Source: an uncultured archaeon (GTDB lineage Archaea; Altiarchaeota; Altiarchaeia; IMC4; SCGC-AAA252-I15). From it: a stretch of DNA of 33,607 nucleotides. Position numbers and translations under genes: made by a program. The stretch is taken from contig CABMCB010000103.1 in assembly GCA_902384455.1 (NCBI GenBank), forward strand, positions 1-33,607, written 5' to 3'. Shown one piece after another: positions 9,025 to 17,047 of this stretch. The notes below the pieces were generated by a model. The model did not search any database. It worked only from the letters and a program-made list of their open reading frames with translations, and was not told where the DNA came from. The stretch's first letter is position 1. The number at the start of each line of letters is the position of its first letter.

Positions 9025-9816
9025 TTAATATCTAATTTCTACGAACTTGATTTTTCCGCCTTGATCGACTAAAGTCGTTGCGACTATGTTCAACGCTTGG
9101 TCCACTGCCAACTGGCTTGTTCCGGTGACCTCTATTAAAAGATTCTTTGAATCTTCAGTCACCCGCGTAAGCTCCCCGTTTATTATCGGCGGAAAAGACA
9201 ACACCTGACCGACGGAATCCACTATGACGGGGTAACGGTCAAAACCCTCAAGAGTGAACGCATAATCCCTCCCCTTAGGGTGGCTCCTTAAGATGCGGGC
9301 AGGAGTCATAGACTCCGACATATCAAGAGGAACGAAAGACACACCATCCGGCGCCACCGCCTTGTAAGTGAACGGCGGCTTAACGCACGCCAAATCATGA
9401 ATGCCAATAGCCACCTTAACCCTGTTGCGACCGTGCGTAGTATGAAGCTTCTCCTGAACGTTCATTATGCTCTTCAGGTGTTCGCCGCTTATTTTAACGC
9501 CTTCAACGATTCCTGCGGCTATGAAAGGGCGGATTCCATCAACAGAAGAATCCACGAGCACTGAAACCCCGGAAGGCTGGACTTTATAGTTGACTGCCCC
9601 GGATTCATACCCCACAAACCCCTTAAACGCCCTCACAAAACCCTCTACTGAAAGCATGTCCGGACGATTAGGAAAAACCTCCACCTCCATTGTTTCAGCG
9701 TCAATACGCTCCAATCCCACACCCAACATTGGTATGCGGTCGCCAAGCTCAGCAAGCGTATACTTGCCGCCAAGAAGCGACATAACCTCCCGAGTGTTAA
9801 ACGACACTGTTGGCAT
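9025..9816 (-). CDS. pheT: N-terminal half of archaeal phenylalanyl-tRNA synthetase beta subunit (B1 + B3/B4 editing domain only)
   Basis: MPTV start, NRPDMLSVEG, QEKLH...GRNRVKVAIGIHDL, VLSFPPIIN, IEVTGT; stops at 263 aa, whereas full-length archaeal PheT is about 550 aa. Confidence 0.85.
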   Translation of the reverse strand: MPTVSFNTREVMSLLGGKYTLAELGDRIPMLGVGLERIDAETMEVEVFPNRPDMLSVEGFVRAFKGFVGYESGAVNYKVQPSGVSVLVDSSVDGIRPFIAAGIVEGVKISGEHLKSIMNVQEKLHTTHGRNRVKVAIGIHDLACVKPPFTYKAVAPDGVSFVPLDMSESMTPARILRSHPKGRDYAFTLEGFDRYPVIVDSVGQVLSFPPIINGELTRVTEDSKNLLIEVTGTSQLAVDQALNIVATTLVDQGGKIKFVEIRY

Positions 9817-9883
9817 GATTTATTTCCGAGTACTCACTAGGTATTAGGAGATGGAGAGAGGACCTAAATAATCGAGGTTTCTT

Positions 9884-11356
9884 ATGCCGAAAATCACGCT
9901 AGAAGACGCTTTCATCGTAATACGGGACTTAGGAGCAATCTTCCACCTATTAGCCCTAGTCATGCCGGTACCCGCGCTTGCCACAATATACTTCGAACGA
10001 AACCTCCCCATAAACACAATAATCTGGGACACGTTCACAATGCTCGTCCCCGCAATAATCTTCTACCTCCTTTACCTTTTCTGCTCCGAACTAAAAATCC
10101 AACATAGCGCCCAAACAAGCCACGCAATGGTCGCAGTAGCAACAGCATGGCTCATAGTAGCCCTCGTCTGCGCAACACCATTCATACTACGAGGCCAACT
10201 CAATCCCATAGACGCCTTCTTTGAAAGCATGAGCGGATGGGCAACAAACGGATTCACCATAATACCCGACATAGAAGGCTTCCCCAAAGACCTACTACTA
10301 TTCAGAAGCTGGATGCAATTCGTCGGAGGAGTGGGATTCATAGGACTAGCCCTAATCACAATAGAAGGAAACCTACCAGCACTAGAATACTACCTATCCG
10401 GCGTAGGAGGCCAGAAGATAACCCCCAGCGTACACGGCACAGTAAGAGTCATGTGGCGGATATTCCTCCTTTACGCGTTGGCCGGAATCGTCATGTTGTA
10501 TATCGCAGGAATGCCGATTTTCGACGCAGTCTGCATAAGCTTCTCAGCCATCTCCACGGGAGGATTCACCCCCCACGCAGCCAACATAGCATACTACGGA
10601 AGCCATGCGATAGAGGCGGTGTTAATCCTTATGATGACGATGGGCGCCATAAGCTTTTTCGTGCACTACCAGCTTTTCCAAGGCAGATGGAAAGAGCTCT
10701 TCAGAAACCTAGAGTTCAAGTACTACATCATACTCGTATCTTGCGGATGGCTACTGATAACCCTCTTCCTAATCGAGTGGGACACCGCCACACCACAAAC
10801 AATAACAACAACAGCATGGGAGGCGCTGTTCCACGTGGTATCTGCATCCACGACAACAGGATTCAGGATATCAGACATATCCAGATGGTCTGAACCAGCA
10901 AAATCCGTTTTAATGTTCCTCATGTACGTCGGAGGCGCATACGGCTCAAGCGCGGGAGGAATAAGACTCCTAAGATTCGCAGTAGTAACAGCCGCGCTAC
11001 TATACACGCTTCGACGGCTGATGTACCCGAAATCCGCAGTCATAGCGCTCAAAGCGGGAGGGCGCGTCTTCACAGAAGACGAAGCATTCTTCGCACTCAC
11101 ATTATGCTGCGCCTACGTCATCATAGCTTTCCTGGGCGCAGTCGGACTAAGCCTGGCAGGATTCGCAAGCGGAGACTCGCTTTCCATAAGCCTCGCATCC
11201 CTTGGAGAAGTAGGACTCCAGCAAGTTCCCACGTCAGACTGGCTTGCTATGAGCGACTGGGCGAAAATGCTGATAACCCTCCTCATGTGGGTGGGCAGGA
11301 TAGAAATATTCCCGCTACTTGCCATAGCTAGGATAGTCATAAGACGCAGGATATAA
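9884..11356 (+). CDS. trkH: Trk-type potassium uptake membrane protein
   Basis: Pore-loop motifs FESMSGWATNG, SAISTGGF, SASTTTGF, SLGEVG; GSSAGGIR; MWVGRIEI. Confidence 0.92.
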   Translation: MPKITLEDAFIVIRDLGAIFHLLALVMPVPALATIYFERNLPINTIIWDTFTMLVPAIIFYLLYLFCSELKIQHSAQTSHAMVAVATAWLIVALVCATPFILRGQLNPIDAFFESMSGWATNGFTIIPDIEGFPKDLLLFRSWMQFVGGVGFIGLALITIEGNLPALEYYLSGVGGQKITPSVHGTVRVMWRIFLLYALAGIVMLYIAGMPIFDAVCISFSAISTGGFTPHAANIAYYGSHAIEAVLILMMTMGAISFFVHYQLFQGRWKELFRNLEFKYYIILVSCGWLLITLFLIEWDTATPQTITTTAWEALFHVVSASTTTGFRISDISRWSEPAKSVLMFLMYVGGAYGSSAGGIRLLRFAVVTAALLYTLRRLMYPKSAVIALKAGGRVFTEDEAFFALTLCCAYVIIAFLGAVGLSLAGFASGDSLSISLASLGEVGLQQVPTSDWLAMSDWAKMLITLLMWVGRIEIFPLLAIARIVIRRRI

Positions 11357-11364
11357 TACGCCGC

Positions 11365-12594
11365 CTAAATCGCCGACTCCACAGACCCAAACCCGAAGTC
11401 AGACAGACGCCTCTGACGAAGCACGACACTTTTCTCCAGATAACTTTTCAATGGAATAGTAAGACGCTTCTGAATCTCAGACAAAGCCTCCTTCAACGTC
11501 TGGAACTTAACCGGCTCGTTCTTCATGGCCTGACGCACGTTCTCACGCACCTGCCAGACACCCAAAGGAACAACATACCCATCATAAACCTCCCTAAACA
11601 CCACCACACGAGCCTGACGACGAATACCGCGAAGATGCTCAGCCACAGCAATACGCCCCGCATAATAACCGCCGCCCTCCTCAAAAGCATACGCCTTGCG
11701 CCCCCTATGGCCTTCATATTCGTGCGCAATCACCGGCTCAAACTGACCCTTAGTCCACGGAGTATTAGGAGACCACGCCTCAAACTGCTCAAACTCCCAC
11801 GCGCCCGGCAACAAAAGCACTTCAAACCGGTTATCCAAATAAACGTTGCTGTGAACACTAATCTCATTGATTGACGGATAATCCTTGATTTCAGACACAA
11901 TCTGCTTAGCCACCGTATCGTCAACCGCAGTTATGCTCCAACGCGTAGGCACCAACCTCTGCTTATCACGAACCCCAAACGCACCCGACGCCAAAACATT
12001 AGCAAGATAGTAAACGTCAAAATGATCGTCATAAAGAGTATGAAGCGCCTCATTCGCCGGCACCTCACCCCCAGACAAAGACTCCACCTTCCGAGGAATC
12101 TTAGGATTCTCAGTCACCCTAAGACGCTGAAGCTCACCCGAAGGACCCATCGGCTGATGAATAGGATTAAAATTCAGGCTAAGAGAAGGAGCACGCCTAA
12201 AATGAGTCTCAACGTCAGTAGGCCGCACAGACATCGCAATGTCGCGCATCTCATCCACAAACTTATTGCGCTCCTTAATCCCATGCTTCTGCTTACCCCG
12301 CACCAACTGGCTGCGAAGAGCAACAACATCAGACACACCAAGCCCATACCAACGCCCAGGATTATCAACCACATCCACACGCTCAGCATCAAGACTAGTC
12401 ATAGGCCCCACAAAAACATCCGGATAACCACTATGACCGACAAACGCGCTAGTGGACGGACCGAACATAACGTCAGAAAGCCGGCTCTTCACGGACTGAC
12501 GAATATCAGCCGAAGACAAAAGAGAGCAATAAGGCGCCCCGCACAGTAATCGCCCGCCCTTACAAACCAAACACATACTTCGGTTAGGGTGCAT
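11365..12594 (-). CDS. nreA: Archaeal DNA repair protein Nre (PCNA-interacting)
   Basis: N-terminal CxxCKG..LCG..C, LVPTRWSITAVD, GGYYA.R, PLGVWQVRE, C-terminal PIP box QRRLSDF. Confidence 0.92.
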   Translation of the reverse strand: MHPNRSMCLVCKGGRLLCGAPYCSLLSSADIRQSVKSRLSDVMFGPSTSAFVGHSGYPDVFVGPMTSLDAERVDVVDNPGRWYGLGVSDVVALRSQLVRGKQKHGIKERNKFVDEMRDIAMSVRPTDVETHFRRAPSLSLNFNPIHQPMGPSGELQRLRVTENPKIPRKVESLSGGEVPANEALHTLYDDHFDVYYLANVLASGAFGVRDKQRLVPTRWSITAVDDTVAKQIVSEIKDYPSINEISVHSNVYLDNRFEVLLLPGAWEFEQFEAWSPNTPWTKGQFEPVIAHEYEGHRGRKAYAFEEGGGYYAGRIAVAEHLRGIRRQARVVVFREVYDGYVVPLGVWQVRENVRQAMKNEPVKFQTLKEALSEIQKRLTIPLKSYLEKSVVLRQRRLSDFGFGSVESAI

Positions 12595-12598
12595 CTAA

Positions 12599-12614
12599 GT
12601 ATTAATTTTAATAC
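12599..12614. promoter_or_regulatory. 16-bp palindrome GTATTAA-TT-TTAATAC just upstream of the nreA start codon
   Basis: Perfect 7-bp arms in the divergent nreA/TctA intergenic region; AT-rich, so it could partly be promoter sequence. Confidence 0.35.
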
Positions 12615-12722
12615 GGCCGCTTTAAGATGCGACGAGCAACAGAAAAGTAAGTACCTACCAAAAACATCCAAATCCGTAAGAGGTCTTTTGGTTATTAAAA
12701 AACAAAAGGGAAAACAACACGG

Positions 12723-13928
12723 ATGATTGAGTGGCTCATGTTCCTGAGTATAGGCTGCGTCCTTGGCACAATATCCGGTATAACGCCAGGACTACACATA
12801 AACACAATAGCCGCAATAGGCCTTGGAGTGTACAGCGCGCTCTCGTTGAACGGCGTAGAGTACGCCGTGATTATGACGTCTATGGCGGTAACTCACGCTT
12901 TCCTTGACTTCCTCCCCTCCATCTACTTGGGCGTGCCCAATGAAGAAACCGCCTACTCAGCGCTTCCGGCCCACCGTCTTGTTTTAGAAGGCAGAGGATT
13001 GAAGGCCGTGCTTTTGACTACATACGGGGGAATTATCGGAATCATAACGTCTCTTATGCTCATACCCATCGCGCTCGTGATTCTTCCGTGGGTGCACCAA
13101 GAACTCAGGGAGGTAATGTATGCAGTCGTTGCCGTAAGCGTAGCTTACCTTGTGTTACGTGAAAAAGGAAAAAGAAAAATTGCGGCATTGACTGTATTAA
13201 CCCTGTCTGGAACGCTTGGCTTACTCATGTTTAAACAGACGGCCCTCTCAAGCGCCCAAATGTTCTTCCCCGTATTTTCAGGCTTATTTGGGATGGCAAA
13301 CCTAATTACGGCGCTCCCCGCCAAGACTGCACGAATACCTCAGGAGCCATACGCCCGCACCACACTAGATGGAAGTTCAATAAAAGCAGGAGTCTTAGGT
13401 TCACTAGGCGGAGCGATTGTCGGCGTGCTACCATCAATGAGCCCGGGACAAGTAGCCATCATTTTATACAGCAGATTTAAGGCCAGCACAGAGGAGTTCC
13501 TTGTTTCAATAGCGGCAATAAACACAAGCGACGCAATTTTTAGTTTCGTCTCGCTTTATGCTCTTGGCAATCCAAGAAGCGGCGTCGCAGTAGCCGTCGG
13601 AAAAGTCATCAATATGACATGGCCCGACTTACTTTTGATTGTGGGAACGGCAGCCATCACAGTGCTGCCGGCGGCGGTTATCCAAATTAAACTTGGAAGA
13701 CAACTAAACAAAGTCTACGACAAAGTGCCCGAAAAAAACCTAAATTACGCGGCAATACTGCTTGTGTTAGCCCTTGTGACGTACTTTACAGGAGCATACG
13801 GCGTCTTTACCCTTGCCGTCGCCACGGCCATAGGGATACTGCCGATACAGTTAGGCATAAGCAGAACCCACCTGATGGGCATATTGGTTGTGCCCACCTT
13901 TATCCGATTTATGGGAATTACCGGATAA
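12723..13928 (+). CDS. TctA/DUF112-family (tripartite tricarboxylate transporter-like) membrane protein
   Basis: GITPGLHIN, HAFLDFLPSIYLGVP, LPAHRLVLEGRG, GNPRSG, RTHLMG. Confidence 0.88.
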   Translation: MIEWLMFLSIGCVLGTISGITPGLHINTIAAIGLGVYSALSLNGVEYAVIMTSMAVTHAFLDFLPSIYLGVPNEETAYSALPAHRLVLEGRGLKAVLLTTYGGIIGIITSLMLIPIALVILPWVHQELREVMYAVVAVSVAYLVLREKGKRKIAALTVLTLSGTLGLLMFKQTALSSAQMFFPVFSGLFGMANLITALPAKTARIPQEPYARTTLDGSSIKAGVLGSLGGAIVGVLPSMSPGQVAIILYSRFKASTEEFLVSIAAINTSDAIFSFVSLYALGNPRSGVAVAVGKVINMTWPDLLLIVGTAAITVLPAAVIQIKLGRQLNKVYDKVPEKNLNYAAILLVLALVTYFTGAYGVFTLAVATAIGILPIQLGISRTHLMGILVVPTFIRFMGITG

Positions 13929-15129
13929 GCGGCTTAGAAAGATGCCTGCGCGCCCCAACATCCGCCTCATACCACCCCGGAAGCACGTCACGACGTACAG
14001 ACACCTGCTTATCACCCGCCTTCTTACCACATTTCTTACACTTGAACCCCTTCCCAGACCCCGCACTAGTCATAGACTTCCCACAGCAAACAGGAGCACG
14101 CCGCACCATCTTCTCTTCCAATGATAAAACACCGATTTTCTCCAAATTAATCGTTTTGACGTACTTTCCAACACCCCCACAAATAACCACGCGGTCACCC
14201 GAACCAAGACCCTTAAGTACATCCCTCAACCTTCCGCTCTGCCTATACGCGGCCACATCTAAAGACCCTGAACCATCAGACACACCCAAAACAACATGCC
14301 CCCCAGACAACACACGCGCAGAAGACGAAACAACAACCTCCGCACACACATTATCATAAGGCAACACCTCAGACAGCTTCTTCATCCTTAAGTGAGCGTC
14401 AGTGCCCTGATTGGTGAAAAACACCTGCTTAAACTCAACAGGCTCAAACGCAGACACCATATTGTCCGCCTCTTCAACAGCTTCGCGCGATAAACCGCGT
14501 ACGCCATAAAGAACCGGGTCAGGCCCATGAGGCGCAATAAGAACACGGCCAGACTCCGGATCAACGTTGCCGAAAGTATCCAACGCTAACGAATCCATGC
14601 GAATAACGCTTTCCTCGTCTATCCTCCTTTTTTTACCGCAGTTTTCAGGCGAACGATACGCCAAAAGCTCCCAAGTATGAGGCTCATCCTTTGTGAAACC
14701 CAACGCAGCAACAGCCCCCACAATACCGCGGCCGCCGTTCAAACCTATGACTTCTATTCCGGCCTTATTTGCAACTTCTTGCGCGTCGTCTATTGTGACG
14801 TGCTCGCTTACTGTGCGGCGGTAGAATTCCGTTAGGATGCGTTGACTGCTTTTTGATGTTTCTGCGAGGAATGCAACTCCGGGCTGCGTGTTTGGTGAGT
14901 GGACGTGAGCAAGCCGGCGGACTTCTGCCAGTACTGCTGCTTTCGGGTCGCCATCTAAGGTAAGAGCTAACGCCGCGTTCCCGCGTGTCTTATAGGGGAT
15001 GTTGGGGTTAAGGCGGACTAAAGCAGGGTCTTGGCTACCCCCCAGTTTCTTCTGCAAAAGCGCGGCCAAGTATGTGGTGCACATGCCGTCTTTGCTGTCT
15101 GTGTCGTCTATTCCAACTCGCATACGCAT
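13918..15129 (-). CDS. tiaS: tRNA(Ile2) agmatinylcytidine synthetase
   Basis: IGIDDTDS..GMCTTY-type motif, LVRLNPNIPYKTRGN, PHGPDPVLYGVRG, TNQGTD, C-terminal Zn ribbon, RRHLSKP. Confidence 0.96.
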   Translation of the reverse strand: MRMRVGIDDTDSKDGMCTTYLAALLQKKLGGSQDPALVRLNPNIPYKTRGNAALALTLDGDPKAAVLAEVRRLAHVHSPNTQPGVAFLAETSKSSQRILTEFYRRTVSEHVTIDDAQEVANKAGIEVIGLNGGRGIVGAVAALGFTKDEPHTWELLAYRSPENCGKKRRIDEESVIRMDSLALDTFGNVDPESGRVLIAPHGPDPVLYGVRGLSREAVEEADNMVSAFEPVEFKQVFFTNQGTDAHLRMKKLSEVLPYDNVCAEVVVSSSARVLSGGHVVLGVSDGSGSLDVAAYRQSGRLRDVLKGLGSGDRVVICGGVGKYVKTINLEKIGVLSLEEKMVRRAPVCCGKSMTSAGSGKGFKCKKCGKKAGDKQVSVRRDVLPGWYEADVGARRHLSKPLIR

Positions 15130-15171
15130 AGTTTATGTGCCGTGTGCAGTTAAAATACGACGGTTAGGCAG

Positions 15172-15360
15172 TAAGTCAAGATTGTAAGTCATGGGTTTGA
15201 CGTATTTTGTTTAAGTGACTTATTTTTGTGACTTGTTTTTTAGAAGATTTTATTAAATTTTGACTTTTGAGGTGTTTGTGAGAGTTGTGTGAGAGATATG
15301 TTTTTAAGCAGGTTTGTAGATAAGTTATTGTACGTCACGGTGACGTACTTTCTTGACGTA
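15172..15360. repeat. Array of nine TGAC(G/T)TN heptads in both orientations in an AT-rich intergenic region
   Basis: Reverse copies at 15172, 15185, 15331; forward copies at 15198, 15216, 15229, 15261, 15341, 15354; seven match TGACKTA exactly; 13-bp spacing recurs four times. Confidence 0.8.
15330..15348. promoter_or_regulatory. Perfect 19-bp palindrome GTACGTCAC-G-GTGACGTAC, candidate operator at the predicted transcription start of the ATPase gene
   Basis: 9-bp perfect arms about 25 bp downstream of a TATA-like TTTTTAAG (15301-15308). Confidence 0.7.
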
Positions 15361-15367
15361 TAATAAC

Positions 15368-16525
15368 ATGGAAAGAGGCGCATACTATCGAAAATTCGGA
15401 TGGAAACTCAGCCCATTCATTAAGTCGTCTGCGATGGACATACCCATCGTAGAAAGACACGGAGAATACGCGGAAATCCAAGAATGCATAAACGGCTGGG
15501 ACAGGATAATCGTGGTAACAGCACCCATAGGATACGGAAAAACAACGTTCATGAACCAGCTGATAAGAAAAAAGCCGCCCGAAATAGACTACCTCGTTTC
15601 ATTCGACGCATACGAAGAACCCGAAGAAGTAATGCAGAGGATAACAAACGCACTCCCATTTTGGAAAAGATGGAACCTCTCAAAAACAGACCACACAAGC
15701 TTCGGCGGCGAACTAAGCAAAAGATTAGGAAACAAAAAAATGCTCCTAACATTTGACGAAGCACAAGACTACAAACCAGAATTATACAAATGGCTAAGGA
15801 TAGTAAACGACCGCGCAGCCAACGTATTCATGGCCTTCTTCGGATTACCAGGCCTTGAAGACATAATTTCGGCCGAATCCTCTTTCAGAGACCGAAAAAG
15901 TAAGTCAATAACACTAAAGCCACTTTCTGTTGGGGAATTGGGGGGAGTGGTTGAATTACGCATCCGCTGGGCCCAAGGGACGGGAACCAAACCCTTTACC
16001 GATGAAGGCCTGCGGAGGCTCTGCGAGTCTGCTCACCACGTGCCTCGCCTCCTTTTGGATAACGGACAGAAGGTGATTGAATACTGCGCCAGAAACGACA
16101 TTTTCACCATTGATGCCTCAACCGTGGAAAAAGGCCTTGGAGACTCGCCTGCAGAACAAAGGATGAAAGAGTCTACCGCTGCCGTTTTTACTGACAAAGA
16201 GGACGTTAAACAGGCAGCAGCCGAACAAAAAATGTACATTAATTTCATGGAGGAGCTTTCACCCACGCAACAGGACATAATGCGCCTCCTCTTAGAGAAG
16301 GAAAGCCTAAGCATCCCGGAGATAAGCGAGGCCCTGAACAAAGACATACGCAGCCTTGGATCGCTGATTAGGAAATTAAGAGGCCTAAATGAGGCAGAAG
16401 TTAAGCGTAAGCCGAATGTGCCTTATCCGCTTATCGTTAGGGTTGGAAAGAGTGTGCGGCTTAACAGGCGGGTGGATGTGTATGCGTTGTCTGACAACGC
16501 CAGGAGGTTGCTTGCGCGCAGTTAG
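15368..16525 (+). CDS. ExeA-like AAA+ ATPase with C-terminal winged helix-turn-helix
   Basis: N-terminal YYRKFGWKLSPF (cf. ExeA Y..FFGL...PF), Walker A APIGYGKTT, Walker B LLTFDEAQ, HVPR sensor-2-like motif; LSPTQQDIMRLLLEKESLSIPEISEAL wHTH; ATG at 15368 preferred over TTG at 15353. Confidence 0.8.
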   Translation: MERGAYYRKFGWKLSPFIKSSAMDIPIVERHGEYAEIQECINGWDRIIVVTAPIGYGKTTFMNQLIRKKPPEIDYLVSFDAYEEPEEVMQRITNALPFWKRWNLSKTDHTSFGGELSKRLGNKKMLLTFDEAQDYKPELYKWLRIVNDRAANVFMAFFGLPGLEDIISAESSFRDRKSKSITLKPLSVGELGGVVELRIRWAQGTGTKPFTDEGLRRLCESAHHVPRLLLDNGQKVIEYCARNDIFTIDASTVEKGLGDSPAEQRMKESTAAVFTDKEDVKQAAAEQKMYINFMEELSPTQQDIMRLLLEKESLSIPEISEALNKDIRSLGSLIRKLRGLNEAEVKRKPNVPYPLIVRVGKSVRLNRRVDVYALSDNARRLLARS

Positions 16526-16532
16526 TTTCATT

Positions 16533-16579
16533 TGGCGGGGCTGCGTCAATCCGCTTTGGCGCGCACACCAGCCCCGCCA
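16533..16579 (+). other. GC-rich stem-loop between the ATPase and small wHTH genes
   Basis: TGGCGGGGCTG (16533-16543) and CAGCCCCGCCA (16569-16579) are perfectly complementary; inner hairpin CGTCAA/TTGGCG pairs fully only as + strand RNA (G-U). Confidence 0.7.
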
Positions 16580-16599
16580 GTTAATCATAAAAGGGTAAG

Positions 16600-16797
16600 A
16601 TGTACACTACGGTAGTAAGGGAGGAAGTGCTTTCGATACTGAGGAGCAGAGAAGTGGCCCCGGTTGATTCAGTCATACAAGAAGCGGAAAAAAGAAACAT
16701 CAACCCCCAAGAAGCTAGGAAAGCCATTCGATTACTGATGAATGGCGGCCTTGTTTATGAGCCGTCTCCAGGTATTTTGGAGTTTGTTGACTGGTAG
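16600..16797 (+). CDS. Small stand-alone winged-helix protein resembling the C-terminal WH of archaeal MCM/RPA32
   Basis: APVDSVIQEAEKRNI...AIRLLMNGGLVYEPSPGILEFV matches the L...G.IYEP.PG pattern. Confidence 0.7.
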   Translation: MYTTVVREEVLSILRSREVAPVDSVIQEAEKRNINPQEARKAIRLLMNGGLVYEPSPGILEFVDW

Positions 16798-16879
16798 TTT
16801 ACGGGGTGTTTTACGCCCGCACAAATGTATTTATCTATGCTTATATATTAGAAAGTTTTAGTATAGTTTGAGGGAATAT

Positions 16880-17041
16880 ATGAGAAAGAAGATTATGGTC
16901 ACCCTTAATGACGAACAATATACGCGTTTGTCAGCGTCTAATGAGCTGGGAGACACGGACAGTGAACGTATGAGAAACGCCTTCATCATCTACGACAACA
17001 TGAAGGATTTGTTAGAAGTCATAAAGAAACTGAAAGAATAA
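16880..17041 (+). CDS. 53-aa ribbon-helix-helix (CopG-like) DNA-binding protein, not in the ORF track
   Basis: My translation: MRKKIMVTLNDEQYTRLSASNELGDTDSERMRNAFIIYDNMKDLLEVIKKLKE; alternating beta strand KIMVTL, helix, G.TDSE..R turn and helix; GAGGGA SD and TTATATA upstream. Confidence 0.7.
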   Translation: MRKKIMVTLNDEQYTRLSASNELGDTDSERMRNAFIIYDNMKDLLEVIKKLKE

Positions 17042-17047
17042 GTTACG

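Noticed and set aside
15172-15360. Heptad array as a CRISPR array or canonical ORB origin
   Set aside because: Repeats are 7 bp with no spacer structure and no cas genes; no ORB consensus or G-string
15368-16525. Calling the ATPase Orc1/Cdc6 or ParA
   Set aside because: It lacks typical Cdc6 motifs (e.g. G..GTGKT with LDE.D) and the deviant Walker A of ParA; its N-terminus is ExeA-like
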